From Phycisphaerae bacterium (GTDB taxonomy: Bacteria; Planctomycetota; Phycisphaerae; UBA1845; PWPN01), in contig DAOOIV010000006.1 in NCBI GenBank assembly GCA_035384605.1, forward strand, positions 9,148-73,147: a DNA stretch of 64,000 bases. The letters are read 5' to 3'. The notes below the pieces were generated by a model. The model searched no databases, was not told the DNA's origin, and worked only from the letters and a program-made list of their open reading frames with translations. The position numbers and the translations under genes are program-made. This document shows positions 26,990-36,589 of this stretch, one piece after another; the stretch's first letter is position 1; every line of letters begins with the position of its first letter.

Positions 26990-29224
26990 CTACAGGCTGC
27001 AGTCGCTCGGCGGGTTTGCCGGGTCAACTGCGATACCGGGCCCCGTCGCGCACTTCTCGAATTCGCCGAAGTCCACCATGTCCACGGTGCCATTGCGATC
27101 GCGATCGAAACACCGGCACGGCTCGCGTCCCTCAGGAAGGGAGACTTCGGTCATGCACGCCTGAAACCGGGCGAAGTCCGCTTGGTCCACGTCCTTGTCC
27201 TGGTCCGCGTCAGCCCAGACAGCGCGGGCCCCGCACGAATACACGTCCAGCGCTTGAGAGGCGTTCAAGGCCTTGTCGAAAATCATCACCTCATCGAGCA
27301 GCCCGGCGAATTCGTCCGCCGGCGCGTTCGAGGTGAAGGAACCGATGGTCATTTCGGTGACCGCCGTGGGGTTCTGCATGATGCCCAGACCGGTCGCTTC
27401 CTTATCCAGGACTCCGTTGAGGTACCATCTGACGGTGCCATTGCCCTCGTCCGTATAGACCACGATCCAGTGCTGGAGGGTGTCCAACTGCGAAGCTGTA
27501 GTAGTCGTGACGTTCTTCCTTGCTCCTCCGGTGTCGTAGAACCTGAACGTCAGGGGCGAGTTGGTGGTCATTTTCGCCCCCCAGAATCCTCGCTGAATAA
27601 GCCAGGATTCCTTGACCACAGTGGGCTTAATGAAAAACGCCAGGGTCAGTGCCGTATTGACCGCACCTGCCTCGGGCGGGACGGTGATCGAATCCCCGAT
27701 CTGGTCCAGGGGATTAGGCAGGAACAACCCTCGAGTCCCGTTCAGCGGATTGTCGGCGAAGCCGATCGTGCCCACTGGAATGCCGTGGTACTCGTGACCA
27801 GAGGAGTCAACCGTCTGGTCGTCGAGCCGGTAGTAGGCCCGAAGCCCCGGCACAGAGATGATTGATGACGGGCTGACGACGTCGAGCCAGACTCTGGCGT
27901 TTTCCTGATCCGAAGGACTGCATGCGGCGGTGACAAAACAGAGGTCGCAAGAATAGGTTCCCAGAGCAAGGCCCGACGGGTCGATCGTCGCGGTCACCGT
28001 GTCGGAATCACCGTTGTTGAGCGGGCCGACCGTGCTCTTATCGATCGTCAGCCACGCGCACGGGGTCACTTTCTCGATGTCGTACGAGACGTTGTCCTTC
28101 CCGGGGTTTGAGACGGTGAAGACCACGGTGTCCACCGGATCATTTGAACCCAGGACGTAGGCGCGCGCCGCTGCGTGCGGAGTCGCGTCGACCCTGCAAC
28201 CGATGATCGTCAGGTCGATCTGCCGGATTATCTCGTAGGGTTCGGGACTGCGGTCGTCGGTAAACTTGATATAGGCCGTGTGGAGACCGTCCGACAGCGG
28301 CGTCCCGCCCGGGTTGACGTCGATCGTCGCGGTGACCACCTCCTGGCCGTGGGCCGCGACAGTCAATTGCGATGCGCTCAACGACAGCCAGTCGTAGTCG
28401 AATAGAGCCCCGTTCGCATCGACCTCGGCGATATCGGCCGTATGTGAACCAAGCCCGTCGCCATTGGCCACCGTATAGGCGATAGGTCCCGGGGACGTGC
28501 CTTCTTGCAGGGCGGTGAGGTTCTGATTGAGACCCGGCGTGACTGAGATCGGCCAAGCAACACCACGGGCGTAAAGCTCGGCGATTTCACCCGCGTCGAG
28601 CACGCGGTTCCATATGGCCAGCTCATCCAGCTTGCCGTCATAGTAGCCCGCGGGGTCTCCTGGCTCCTGCCCGACCGTCATCACACCGCTCGAGCTGTGG
28701 CTCAGCGGAGCCAGGCCGCTGGACACAGTGCTGATCAGTACCCCGTTCTTGTAAGTCTTGGCTACCGCTCCGTCAAAGGTGCAGGCCCAGTGTTGCCAGA
28801 CGCCGGCGGTCCAGACGCCGTTGGCTGTGTTCAGGGTTTTCTTGCCGGCGGTTGTCTGCAGAACCAGCCCGAACGCCCCGTTGTCCTGGAGCTTGAGGCC
28901 CCACCCGCCGACCGCCATGTTGCTCACCACCCACCTCTTGAGCTGCTGGTCACTGTTGATCCAGCAGGCCACCGTGACGGTTGTGCCCACAGAGCCGGGG
29001 GCCCCGGGGAACTCCACACGGTTGTCCGTGCCATTGAAGTCGAATGCCTGGCCCACCACCCCCGCCGCATAGGCCGGCGAACCAATAATCGTCCCGTTGT
29101 AGCCGTTCTCGGTAGCATCATCGACGTTGTTCTCGAACGGATACCACGCATCGACGTCCGCTGATGCACTTGTGGCAAAGGTGATGCTCACCACGGCCGT
29201 TAGTAATGTGAAAAGCTTAGGCAT
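26990..29224 (-). CDS. secreted tandem LamG (concanavalin-A-like) domain protein with a C-terminal dockerin/EF-hand-like module
   Basis: Signal MPKLFTLLTAVVSITFATSASA after AGGAAGGAG. Two LamG-type blocks (DGKLDELAIWNRVL, LLDEVMIFDKAL). The C-terminus has DADQDKDVDQADFARFQ and DRDRNGTVDMVDFGEF. Confidence 0.8.
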   Translation of the reverse strand: MPKLFTLLTAVVSITFATSASADVDAWYPFENNVDDATENGYNGTIIGSPAYAAGVVGQAFDFNGTDNRVEFPGAPGSVGTTVTVACWINSDQQLKRWVVSNMAVGGWGLKLQDNGAFGLVLQTTAGKKTLNTANGVWTAGVWQHWACTFDGAVAKTYKNGVLISTVSSGLAPLSHSSSGVMTVGQEPGDPAGYYDGKLDELAIWNRVLDAGEIAELYARGVAWPISVTPGLNQNLTALQEGTSPGPIAYTVANGDGLGSHTADIAEVDANGALFDYDWLSLSASQLTVAAHGQEVVTATIDVNPGGTPLSDGLHTAYIKFTDDRSPEPYEIIRQIDLTIIGCRVDATPHAAARAYVLGSNDPVDTVVFTVSNPGKDNVSYDIEKVTPCAWLTIDKSTVGPLNNGDSDTVTATIDPSGLALGTYSCDLCFVTAACSPSDQENARVWLDVVSPSSIISVPGLRAYYRLDDQTVDSSGHEYHGIPVGTIGFADNPLNGTRGLFLPNPLDQIGDSITVPPEAGAVNTALTLAFFIKPTVVKESWLIQRGFWGAKMTTNSPLTFRFYDTGGARKNVTTTTASQLDTLQHWIVVYTDEGNGTVRWYLNGVLDKEATGLGIMQNPTAVTEMTIGSFTSNAPADEFAGLLDEVMIFDKALNASQALDVYSCGARAVWADADQDKDVDQADFARFQACMTEVSLPEGREPCRCFDRDRNGTVDMVDFGEFEKCATGPGIAVDPANPPSDCSL

Positions 29225-29795
29225 GACAACCTCCTTCCTGAACCAGATGCTTTGGACAGACGAGCAGTAATTCCGCCTCGATAAATCACACCCCGCCGAT
29301 GAATGCCGCCGCTGGGCCATGCGGCCTGCAATCAAAGCGGCTTTCGGCCCGTGTGGGTTTCAGGCTTGTCTTATCCGGCTACCCGTTTTCCCTGATCTCC
29401 GATTCGGACGGGTCCTGGGTCATCCGGCGAACCGCGAGACCCTTTGTGCGCACGCACGGTTTCGCCTCGGCCCCGGCAACTCTGTGTGCTCCGGTACTCG
29501 TCGCTCCCCAAACCGGGGGTCGATCTCGAACGATCAATAAGAATTGACTGTCGCCGCCGACAGCAAAAACGATTCTACGACTCCGATTCCCGAAGCGTCA
29601 AGACAATTCCTGTCGACTTCGGTGTTCCTGAGGGTTCATCCGTCGCCCCGCAACGGGCGGTGCCGGCGTTGTGCTGAGGTCAAGCCGTCGGCGGGACACG
29701 GACGTCCTGGAGTACATCAGCAAAAGATCCATTCAAACTGATATGCGGGTCCGGTCGAGGAGCCCGGTTGGGGAGGGACGCCGGCTGAACGGTGC

Positions 29796-30419
29796 TCATC
29801 CCTTGTTGGCGGGTTCTCTCACCGTCAAGACCATGCGTACGAGTTCGGCCACGCTGCCGGCTTCCATCTTCTCCATGACGCGAGCGCGGTGGGTCTCAAC
29901 GGTCTTAGCGCTGAGCTGCAGTTGGGCGGCGATTCCCTTGTTGGACATCCCGGATACGACAAGGTCCATTACCTCGCGCTCGCGCGGGGTGAGCAAAGCA
30001 ACCTTCGCAGCGATGGCGGCGCGAACGGCCTCGTCCCGACGAGTCCGGGCATCCTTGGCCAGCGCCTGGTGGACGCGGTCCAGCAGGCTCTGATCGTTGA
30101 ACGGCTTGCTCATAAAATCGACGGCCCCGGCGTGCATGGCCCGTACGGCAGAGGGTACATCGCCGTGGGCGGTGATGATGATCACCGGAAGTGTGTAGCC
30201 GCGCTTCGCCAGTTGCTCCTGGAGTTCCAGACCGCTCATTCCCGGCATTCGAATATCCAACACCAGGCAGCCGGGCTGATCGGGCGTGTAGGCAGCGAGG
30301 AATTCGTCCGCAGAGGAGAACGTCCGGACCCGCAGGCCCACCGACTCGATCAGAAAACGAAGCGAATCAAGGACGGCGGCGTCATCGTCCACCACAAAGA
30401 CAATGGAATCAGACGGCAT
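29796..30419 (-). CDS. FixJ/NarL-type response regulator (REC plus LuxR HTH)
   Basis: IVFVVDDDAAVLDSL ... LVLDIRMPGMSGLEL ... LTPREREVMDLVVSGMSNKGIAAQLQLSAKTVETHRARVMEKM. The ATG at 30419 is preceded by GGAGAG and overlaps the kinase stop by 11 nt. Confidence 0.92.
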   Translation of the reverse strand: MPSDSIVFVVDDDAAVLDSLRFLIESVGLRVRTFSSADEFLAAYTPDQPGCLVLDIRMPGMSGLELQEQLAKRGYTLPVIIITAHGDVPSAVRAMHAGAVDFMSKPFNDQSLLDRVHQALAKDARTRRDEAVRAAIAAKVALLTPREREVMDLVVSGMSNKGIAAQLQLSAKTVETHRARVMEKMEAGSVAELVRMVLTVREPANKG

Positions 30420-31860
30420 AACCGTTCTCTCCATGACAGGTCTGGAGCGCGAAGCGGAAGGTCACGCCCCGGTCCTCATTCCGCGTCACCCACAGCCGGC
30501 CCCGATGAGCTTCGATGATCGAGCGGCTGATCGACAGACCGATGCCCATGCCCTCGGGCTTTGTCGTATAGAAGGCGTCAAACACCTTCTTTACGGCGTC
30601 GGCCGGCAAGCCGGGCCCGGAATCCTGAATGGCAACCTCCACCTCGCCGGGCCCGCCGGCACTGGTGCTGACAAACACTTCCCCGCAATTCAGGCGGGTG
30701 TTGCTCATCGCCTCCAGCGCGTTGCGAACGATATTGAGCACAACCTGCTCGATCTGAATCGCATCCGCCAACACCGGCGGCAGATCCTTGGCCGGCACGA
30801 ATCGGATGGCGATGCCTCGCACTTTAGCCTCCGGCCTCGCCAGGTCAACCGCCGTCTCGGCGATTCTGTTGATGTCGGCAGGAACCCGTCGAGGCTCGCG
30901 TGCGGCCACAAAGTCCCTCAGGCTGCGGAGGATCTGCCCGGCCCGCTCCGCCTGGTTCCCAGCTTCGGCCAGGGCCTGCATCAGCTCGCTCTCATTCCAG
31001 GTTCCCGAGCCCAGTCGTCGTTGGCATCCGCGGACGTAATTGGCGACCGCAGCCAAGGGCTGGTTGAGCTCATGGGCCAGACTGGAGGCCATCTCTCCCA
31101 TGGTGCTGAGACGCGAGACGCGAGCCAGTTCCTCCCGGTGCTGGTTCAGTTGTTCCTGAACCTGATGCCGCTCCGCGATCTTGCCAAGTCGCTCCGCAAT
31201 GGCGGTCAGAAGTCGACGCTCTTCTGGAACAAAAGGAGCACCATTCTCAGGCCACCGCTGCTCCAAATAGCCTACTTGAACCTCGCCGCAGGAACGCCCG
31301 AAAACCAGAATGGGTTCGCTCATCAACCATGAGGTGACCTTAAAATTGCTCGTCCGATACTCGCGACCATCCATGAGCACGCGGGCATAGGCAACATCCG
31401 ACAATCGCCATGCTTTCGGGATCAATTCCACCGTCTCGCGGATGATGTCCTCGAGTGAGGCGCCAAACCGGTTAACCACGTCGGCCATACCAAACAGGCA
31501 GTTCAGCTCGCGGATGCGGTGATCCAGATCCTCGGCCTGGCGGCGGAGAGCTTCGCGTGATTCGTAAACCGACCTGAGCAATGGTCCGGCCCACGCGATG
31601 CCTGCCACCATCAGAATGGATATAGCCAGTCCGACCCACTCGTTGGTTAGCTCGGCAGGATCAGCATTCTCGCCGTGCGACAGGTGGTAGCCAAGCAGGT
31701 GCGAGTAACTCATGATGCGTCGGGCGGCCATCAGCAGGGCGACGATGGAGATGATCAGCCAAACGGGAGATCTCCCGGTAATGCGCCAAACGCGAACCGC
31801 CAATGCGACGGCAACTAGCTGCAGGATTGTTGCCACTGAGGCGACGGTCCCGACAAGCAT
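30409..31860 (-). CDS. membrane sensor histidine kinase (3 TM, GAF-like sensor, HisKA, HATPase_c)
   Basis: H-box SSLAHELNQPLAA, N-box VVLNIVRNALEAM, and G-boxes DSGPGL and GMGIGLSISRSIIEAHRG. The ORF is open up to a TTG at 32025, but the first 55 aa are not protein-like, so the ATG at 31860 (MLVGTVASV..., directly TM1) is preferred. Confidence 0.88.
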   Translation of the reverse strand: MLVGTVASVATILQLVAVALAVRVWRITGRSPVWLIISIVALLMAARRIMSYSHLLGYHLSHGENADPAELTNEWVGLAISILMVAGIAWAGPLLRSVYESREALRRQAEDLDHRIRELNCLFGMADVVNRFGASLEDIIRETVELIPKAWRLSDVAYARVLMDGREYRTSNFKVTSWLMSEPILVFGRSCGEVQVGYLEQRWPENGAPFVPEERRLLTAIAERLGKIAERHQVQEQLNQHREELARVSRLSTMGEMASSLAHELNQPLAAVANYVRGCQRRLGSGTWNESELMQALAEAGNQAERAGQILRSLRDFVAAREPRRVPADINRIAETAVDLARPEAKVRGIAIRFVPAKDLPPVLADAIQIEQVVLNIVRNALEAMSNTRLNCGEVFVSTSAGGPGEVEVAIQDSGPGLPADAVKKVFDAFYTTKPEGMGIGLSISRSIIEAHRGRLWVTRNEDRGVTFRFALQTCHGENGYAV

Positions 31861-32031
31861 ACGCGAGGCTCCACCAGTCTCAGAGGATGCCGAAGAGACC
31901 CGCAAGATCGGCACGAATGCCCCGGACTGGGACAGTCCTGTGGCTGCGGCTCCCGAAAGGGCAAACCCATGCCGGTTTCTCACCTCGGGTATGGTAACCG
32001 GTTGCCAAGCGAGCCGCGAGTTCAATGAGAC

Positions 32032-32289
32032 TCAATGGGCAGGCCCATGCCCCGGGTTTCGGATCACCCCTGCCCCATCGGCTGCCTCACCGCAAAACAA
32101 GCTCGTAAACCGCCTCCAGTACGCCAGCGGATCGTGATAAACCGCTCGCTCAGCGTTCCGGTCTCCCGGAATGTCCGATAAGCCCAGCTCCCCTCCAGCA
32201 AGGTATGTGGCTCCAGTACGGTCCGAAGCACTGAAGTCGCGAATTTCCGGGGCTTTTTTGGGGGACGTGAATCTTCGCCAAAACGGCAT
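32032..32289 (-). CDS. candidate small protein (85 aa) with a duplicated (F/Y)WRRFTS motif
   Basis: ORF 32032..32313 ends 7 nt before the kinase ORF. WRRFTS occurs twice, encoded by different codons (tgg cga aga ttc acg tcc versus tgg agg cgg ttt acg agc), which argues for protein-level constraint. SD is weak and no family was recognised. Confidence 0.35.
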   Translation of the reverse strand: MPFWRRFTSPKKAPEIRDFSASDRTGATYLAGGELGLSDIPGDRNAERAVYHDPLAYWRRFTSLFCGEAADGAGVIRNPGHGPAH

Positions 32290-32714
32290 CGGACGGGTTT
32301 CCGTCTCGCGCAAGGGTACCTGTGAACGGCGCTGTTGCTGAGTTCGTGACAGCCTGGGCGGATGGCGCGGCTGCCTTATGGTTTCGCCGCTCGCTTGCGG
32401 TCGAGGTTCTCAAAGAGGCCCCTGAGCCGTCACGGACCCCTGTGTTGGCCTGCCCAAACCAAGCGACAGCCGCCATCGTATGATGTAAGATACGTGGGCT
32501 TCGCGCTCGTCGTCCCGACGGCGAAGAAGCCGAGCTGGAACGGACCATCGAGACCTCCAAGGCTGCGGGGAATCGCTTCCAGCAGGTCAGCGACCCAAGC
32601 CGGCGGGGCCGACCTTGTCGAGTGGCACCAAGCTGGCCGGCGGCTGATCAGACCTTCGGGCCGGCGAGAGTAGTCGGCCGTGATGACCAATAGCCAGGGA
32701 GACAAACCGCGGAT

Positions 32715-34703
32715 ATGGCACACGATCACCTCAAAGACTCGATCGAAGCACAAACCGGACGATCCACGATTCTGCTCATCGTAACTCTGATGGGCGGGTT
32801 GCTGGTCATCAATTCCTTCGTTGCGGAATGGATATTCCCCGACAAGCAGTACAGCGCGATTTTCGCCCTGATTGGGGCGATCTGTCTGGGGGCGCCGCTG
32901 GCGTTCCACTCGCTTAAACACATCGGGCACGGCAACCTGCCGATGGAACTGCTGGTCACCCTGGCCATCGGCGCTGCATTGAGCATTGAGAAGTACCAGG
33001 AGGCGGGGGTCATCGCTTTCTTCATGGTCATCGCGACGCTCATCGAGACCCGCACCGCTTTGGGTGCCCGAGCTTCGATCGAATCACTCATCCGGCTGAC
33101 GCCGACCAAGGCTCATCGGATTCTGCCGGACGGAACCGAGGAGGAGGTCGAGGCCAGACTGCTGAAGGCCGGCGATCTGATCCGGGTGCGGCCCGGGGAT
33201 AACATTGCCGCAGATGGCGTCGTGGTGGCGGGTGAATCGACCATCAACCAGGCGACGATCACGGGTGAGTCGATGCCTGTGGACAAGACCGTCAACGACG
33301 AGGTCTTCAACGGCACCCTGAACTTGACCGGCTCGCTCGACATCCGCGTGACGCGGGCGGGTTCGGAGACGACACTGGGCCGGGTGCAGAAGCTGATCAT
33401 GAATGCCGAGCAGACACGCATCCCGCTCATGCGGATCATTGACCAGTACGCCAACTGGTACACACCGACGATTATCATGCTGGCTTTCCTGGTGTGGTTC
33501 TTTATCCGTGGACCGGAAGGCATGTCGCGGGCCATCGCCATGCTGGTTGTGGCGTGTCCTTGTGCTCTGGTTCTGGCTACCCCCACGGCAATGGTGGCGG
33601 CTCTCTCCTGCGCTGCTCGGCTGGGGATCCTGGTCAAGGACGTTTCAACGCTGGAAGGGGCCCGCAACCTGACCGCGATCATGTTTGACAAGACCGGCAC
33701 GCTGACGACCGGCGAACTGACGGTCACGCAGATGAAACCAGCACCGGGCGTGGACGGGGCGACGCTGCTTAAGCTGGCAGCCTCGGCAGACTCGTTATCC
33801 AAGCACCCGAACGCCAAGGCAGTGATGGCCGTCGCCCAGAAGGCCCGGTTGTCGCTGGTCCGGCCGGAGCAATTCGAGGAGGTGACCGGCAAGGGCGTGG
33901 CCGCAAGAATCAACGGCGACGAGATCCTCGTGGGGCGCAACACCTTCCTGGCCGATCGCGGCGTCGACCTGGGCCTGCTGAACGACCCCAATTTCAAGGA
34001 GCCGGAAGGCATCAGCGTTTTGTACGTCAGCCGCAACGGGCGACTGATCGGCTGGATCGGCCTTGAGGACCGGACCCGCGAGGAAGCCAAGGAGGCGATC
34101 GCCGAATTACGGGATCTGGGCGTGCGAGCCATTACCATGGTCACCGGCGACAAGTGGTCGGTGGCCCGACGAGTAGCCGGGGAAATGGGGTGCACCGACG
34201 TTTATGCCGAGGTGTTGCCTTCTCACAAGCTCGAGCTGGTCGACCAGATGAAGCGCAAGGGACACCGCGTGGCAGTCATCGGTGACGGAGTCAACGACGC
34301 TCCGGCACTGGCGGCCGGCGACCTGAGTGTGGCCATGGGAGCGGCGGGCAGCGACGTGGCCATCAACTCCGCCAGTATCGCTTTGATGAACAACGATCTT
34401 CGCCGGTTGCCTTTCCTGGTTCGCCTGTCACGAGCGGCCACCAGAGTCATCTGGCAAAACATGCTGCTCGGTATAACCTACATCGTGGTTTTGGAAACCC
34501 TCGGGGCCCTCGGCAAGATCTCGCCGATGTTGGCGGCGTTTTTGCATGTGGTGGCCAGCGCGATCGTGATTTTCAACTCCGCGCGTCTGGTTCGGTTTGG
34601 CGAACATCTGCAGACGACCGAACCCCCCTCGGCCGAGCGACCGCCGGTCAAGGCATACGGCGGTGCGCGTTCGGCACCCTCGGCAGCCCCCATGCCGGCA
34701 TGA
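32715..34703 (+). CDS. heavy-metal translocating P1B-type ATPase (CPC type), without an N-terminal HMA domain
   Basis: 662-aa ORF with TGES, CPCALVLATP, DKTGTLT and GDGVNDAPALA motifs. The N-terminus is short and His-containing (MAHDHLKD), with no GMxCxxC. Confidence 0.92.
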   Translation: MAHDHLKDSIEAQTGRSTILLIVTLMGGLLVINSFVAEWIFPDKQYSAIFALIGAICLGAPLAFHSLKHIGHGNLPMELLVTLAIGAALSIEKYQEAGVIAFFMVIATLIETRTALGARASIESLIRLTPTKAHRILPDGTEEEVEARLLKAGDLIRVRPGDNIAADGVVVAGESTINQATITGESMPVDKTVNDEVFNGTLNLTGSLDIRVTRAGSETTLGRVQKLIMNAEQTRIPLMRIIDQYANWYTPTIIMLAFLVWFFIRGPEGMSRAIAMLVVACPCALVLATPTAMVAALSCAARLGILVKDVSTLEGARNLTAIMFDKTGTLTTGELTVTQMKPAPGVDGATLLKLAASADSLSKHPNAKAVMAVAQKARLSLVRPEQFEEVTGKGVAARINGDEILVGRNTFLADRGVDLGLLNDPNFKEPEGISVLYVSRNGRLIGWIGLEDRTREEAKEAIAELRDLGVRAITMVTGDKWSVARRVAGEMGCTDVYAEVLPSHKLELVDQMKRKGHRVAVIGDGVNDAPALAAGDLSVAMGAAGSDVAINSASIALMNNDLRRLPFLVRLSRAATRVIWQNMLLGITYIVVLETLGALGKISPMLAAFLHVVASAIVIFNSARLVRFGEHLQTTEPPSAERPPVKAYGGARSAPSAAPMPA

Positions 34704-34940
34704 TCGATGGTTTATCGGCCTGTGCCCGTTGCGTCATTGTTGTGTGAAGCCCGGCCAAGCCGTCCGATATGGGTTCGCTCGCGCTCATCAGCCCGAGGAG
34801 TCTTTCCCGCGTTCTCATTGGTGTAGAGCAGCCCCCAGTGAACCGATAGCAACTTCGGAGGCGGGCTTGCCGCGCGCCCGCCATCGAGTCGGGAACCTGG
34901 TCGTCAAAGCGGGCATTATAGGAACCGCCGAGCCAAGTAC

Positions 34941-35732
34941 ATGGATCTAGCGACCTTAATAGGATTGGTTGCCGCGATCGGCATGGTGGTCTGGAGCCTG
35001 TGGGTCGGAACCAGCGGCCAAATCAGTGTTTACTGGGATACTCCGTCGGCCATTCTGGTCCTTGGCGGAACCGTGTTTGTTCTCCTGACGACCCAGACGG
35101 TAGAGCGCTTCCTGCGACTTCACAAGGTGTACATGCGGGGATTCTTCGGGAAGGCCATGACCATCCCGGAAACCATCGAAAAGCTTGTGACGCTCGGGGA
35201 GCAGGCCCGCCGCGAGGGGGTATTGTCACTCGAAAACGCCCTCAACGAGATCGAAGACGAGTTTCTCAAGAACGGGATCAGGCTGGTGATCGACGGCACG
35301 GCCGCCGGCGAGATCGAACAGATTCTCACTTCCGAGATGGAAGCCATGGACCAGCGGCACAATCAGGGCAAGAGCATCATTGATATGGCCGCCAAGTATG
35401 CTCCGGCCTTCGGCATGATCGGGACACTGATGGGGCTGGTTGCCATGCTGCGAAACATGGACGATCCCAAGGCGATCGGGCCAGGCATGGCGGTCGCGAT
35501 TCTGACCACGTTTTACGGGGCGATCATTGCCAATGTGCTCTGCCTACCGCTTTCCGACAAGCTGTCCTATCGAAATGAGGAGGAGATGCTGTTGAGAACG
35601 GTAATGATGAAAGGCATCTTGTCGTTGCAGGCCGGCGACAACCCGCGAATCACCCAGGCCAAGCTGGCGGTCTATCTTCCCGTGGACAAGCGGGCGTTGA
35701 TCAACGGCGTCGAGGGTAAGAAACGGCAGTAG
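34941..35732 (+). CDS. motA: flagellar-type stator protein MotA/PomA
   Basis: 263-aa ORF with 4 TM segments. YAPAFGMIGTLMGLVAML and ILTTFYGAIIANVLCLPL match the MotA/TolQ/ExbB channel core. Confidence 0.85.
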   Translation: MDLATLIGLVAAIGMVVWSLWVGTSGQISVYWDTPSAILVLGGTVFVLLTTQTVERFLRLHKVYMRGFFGKAMTIPETIEKLVTLGEQARREGVLSLENALNEIEDEFLKNGIRLVIDGTAAGEIEQILTSEMEAMDQRHNQGKSIIDMAAKYAPAFGMIGTLMGLVAMLRNMDDPKAIGPGMAVAILTTFYGAIIANVLCLPLSDKLSYRNEEEMLLRTVMMKGILSLQAGDNPRITQAKLAVYLPVDKRALINGVEGKKRQ

Positions 35733-35761
35733 CGGGGTCAACCGCTCAGCAGGAACGCGCC

Positions 35762-36586
35762 ATGGCTCTCTCGAAGAAACCTGCGGCCGAAGGCGCTCCG
35801 GCGTGGGTACTTACCTACGGCGACATGATGTCGCTGTTGCTGTGTTTCTTCGTTCTGCTGGCAGCCTTCGCCGACTACTCTCCGGGGGGCGGCACGCCGA
35901 CGCCCGAGTTGAAAAAAGCACTTGAATCCATCCGTGCCGCCTTCGGAGCGGGGGGCACGATCGGCCCGAACGATGAGATCGACTACCAGGCGTTGATCAA
36001 GAAGCTGGAGGCCATATCGTCGAAGGAAACGGGTGGTTACCGGGGTGACACGCGAGAGGAAGGCATCTACGGCAAGCATTTCCGGCTCCGGAAGATTCGC
36101 GACGGCATGGAGATCACCATGGGCGGTCCGGTGGTGTTCGAGCCGTTCTCGGACAAGCTGACCCCGGAGGGCAAGCAAGCCCTGGAACAGATCGCCGAAA
36201 CGGTCCGGGGCCACCGCAACAAGATGGAGATCCGAGGCCACGCGGCGGAGGAGCCTCGGCCGGCGGACTGGACCGATGATGACGCTCTGCAGCTCTCATT
36301 TCGAAGGGCCAAGGCAGTGGCTGATGAGCTTGTCCTGCGCGGCGTGGACCGGCGGGCACTGGTCTGCTCGGCCGTGGGAGCCAACGAGCCGTTGGCAACA
36401 GGCGTCTACGACGTGAACAGGCGGGCCCAGGCGCGCCGCGTTGAAATCATCGTTCGTGAATCGCTGATCGACGATTACGTCAAACCGTCGAGCGAACAAG
36501 ACGCTCGCGCCAAGATACTGGCCACGCCGCCCACCAGCACACCCTCGACGACTCCCAGCGCTCCGGCCAGTCAAGACTCGCCCTGA
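35762..36586 (+). CDS. motB: stator protein MotB (OmpA-like peptidoglycan-binding C-terminus)
   Basis: WVLTYGDMMSLLLCFFVLL contains the conserved Asp in the TM segment. The C-terminus is OmpA-like (IRGHAAEEP ... SFRRAKAVADELV ... NRRAQARRVEIIV). Confidence 0.85.
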   Translation: MALSKKPAAEGAPAWVLTYGDMMSLLLCFFVLLAAFADYSPGGGTPTPELKKALESIRAAFGAGGTIGPNDEIDYQALIKKLEAISSKETGGYRGDTREEGIYGKHFRLRKIRDGMEITMGGPVVFEPFSDKLTPEGKQALEQIAETVRGHRNKMEIRGHAAEEPRPADWTDDDALQLSFRRAKAVADELVLRGVDRRALVCSAVGANEPLATGVYDVNRRAQARRVEIIVRESLIDDYVKPSSEQDARAKILATPPTSTPSTTPSAPASQDSP

Positions 36587-36589
36587 CGC

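Noticed and set aside
29225-29795. 570-bp gap between the response regulator and the LamG gene, including a CTGTCG-CCGC-CGACAG hairpin at about 29548..29563
   Set aside because: The hairpin has no U-tract in either orientation. No ORF with SD and no repeat-family match was found, so it is probably just the LamG promoter region.
31861-32025. 55-aa N-terminal extension of the histidine kinase starting at TTG 32025
   Set aside because: The extension is S/A/G-rich with no TM segment or motif. The ATG at 31860 begins directly with TM1. The extension is kept only as an alternative start.
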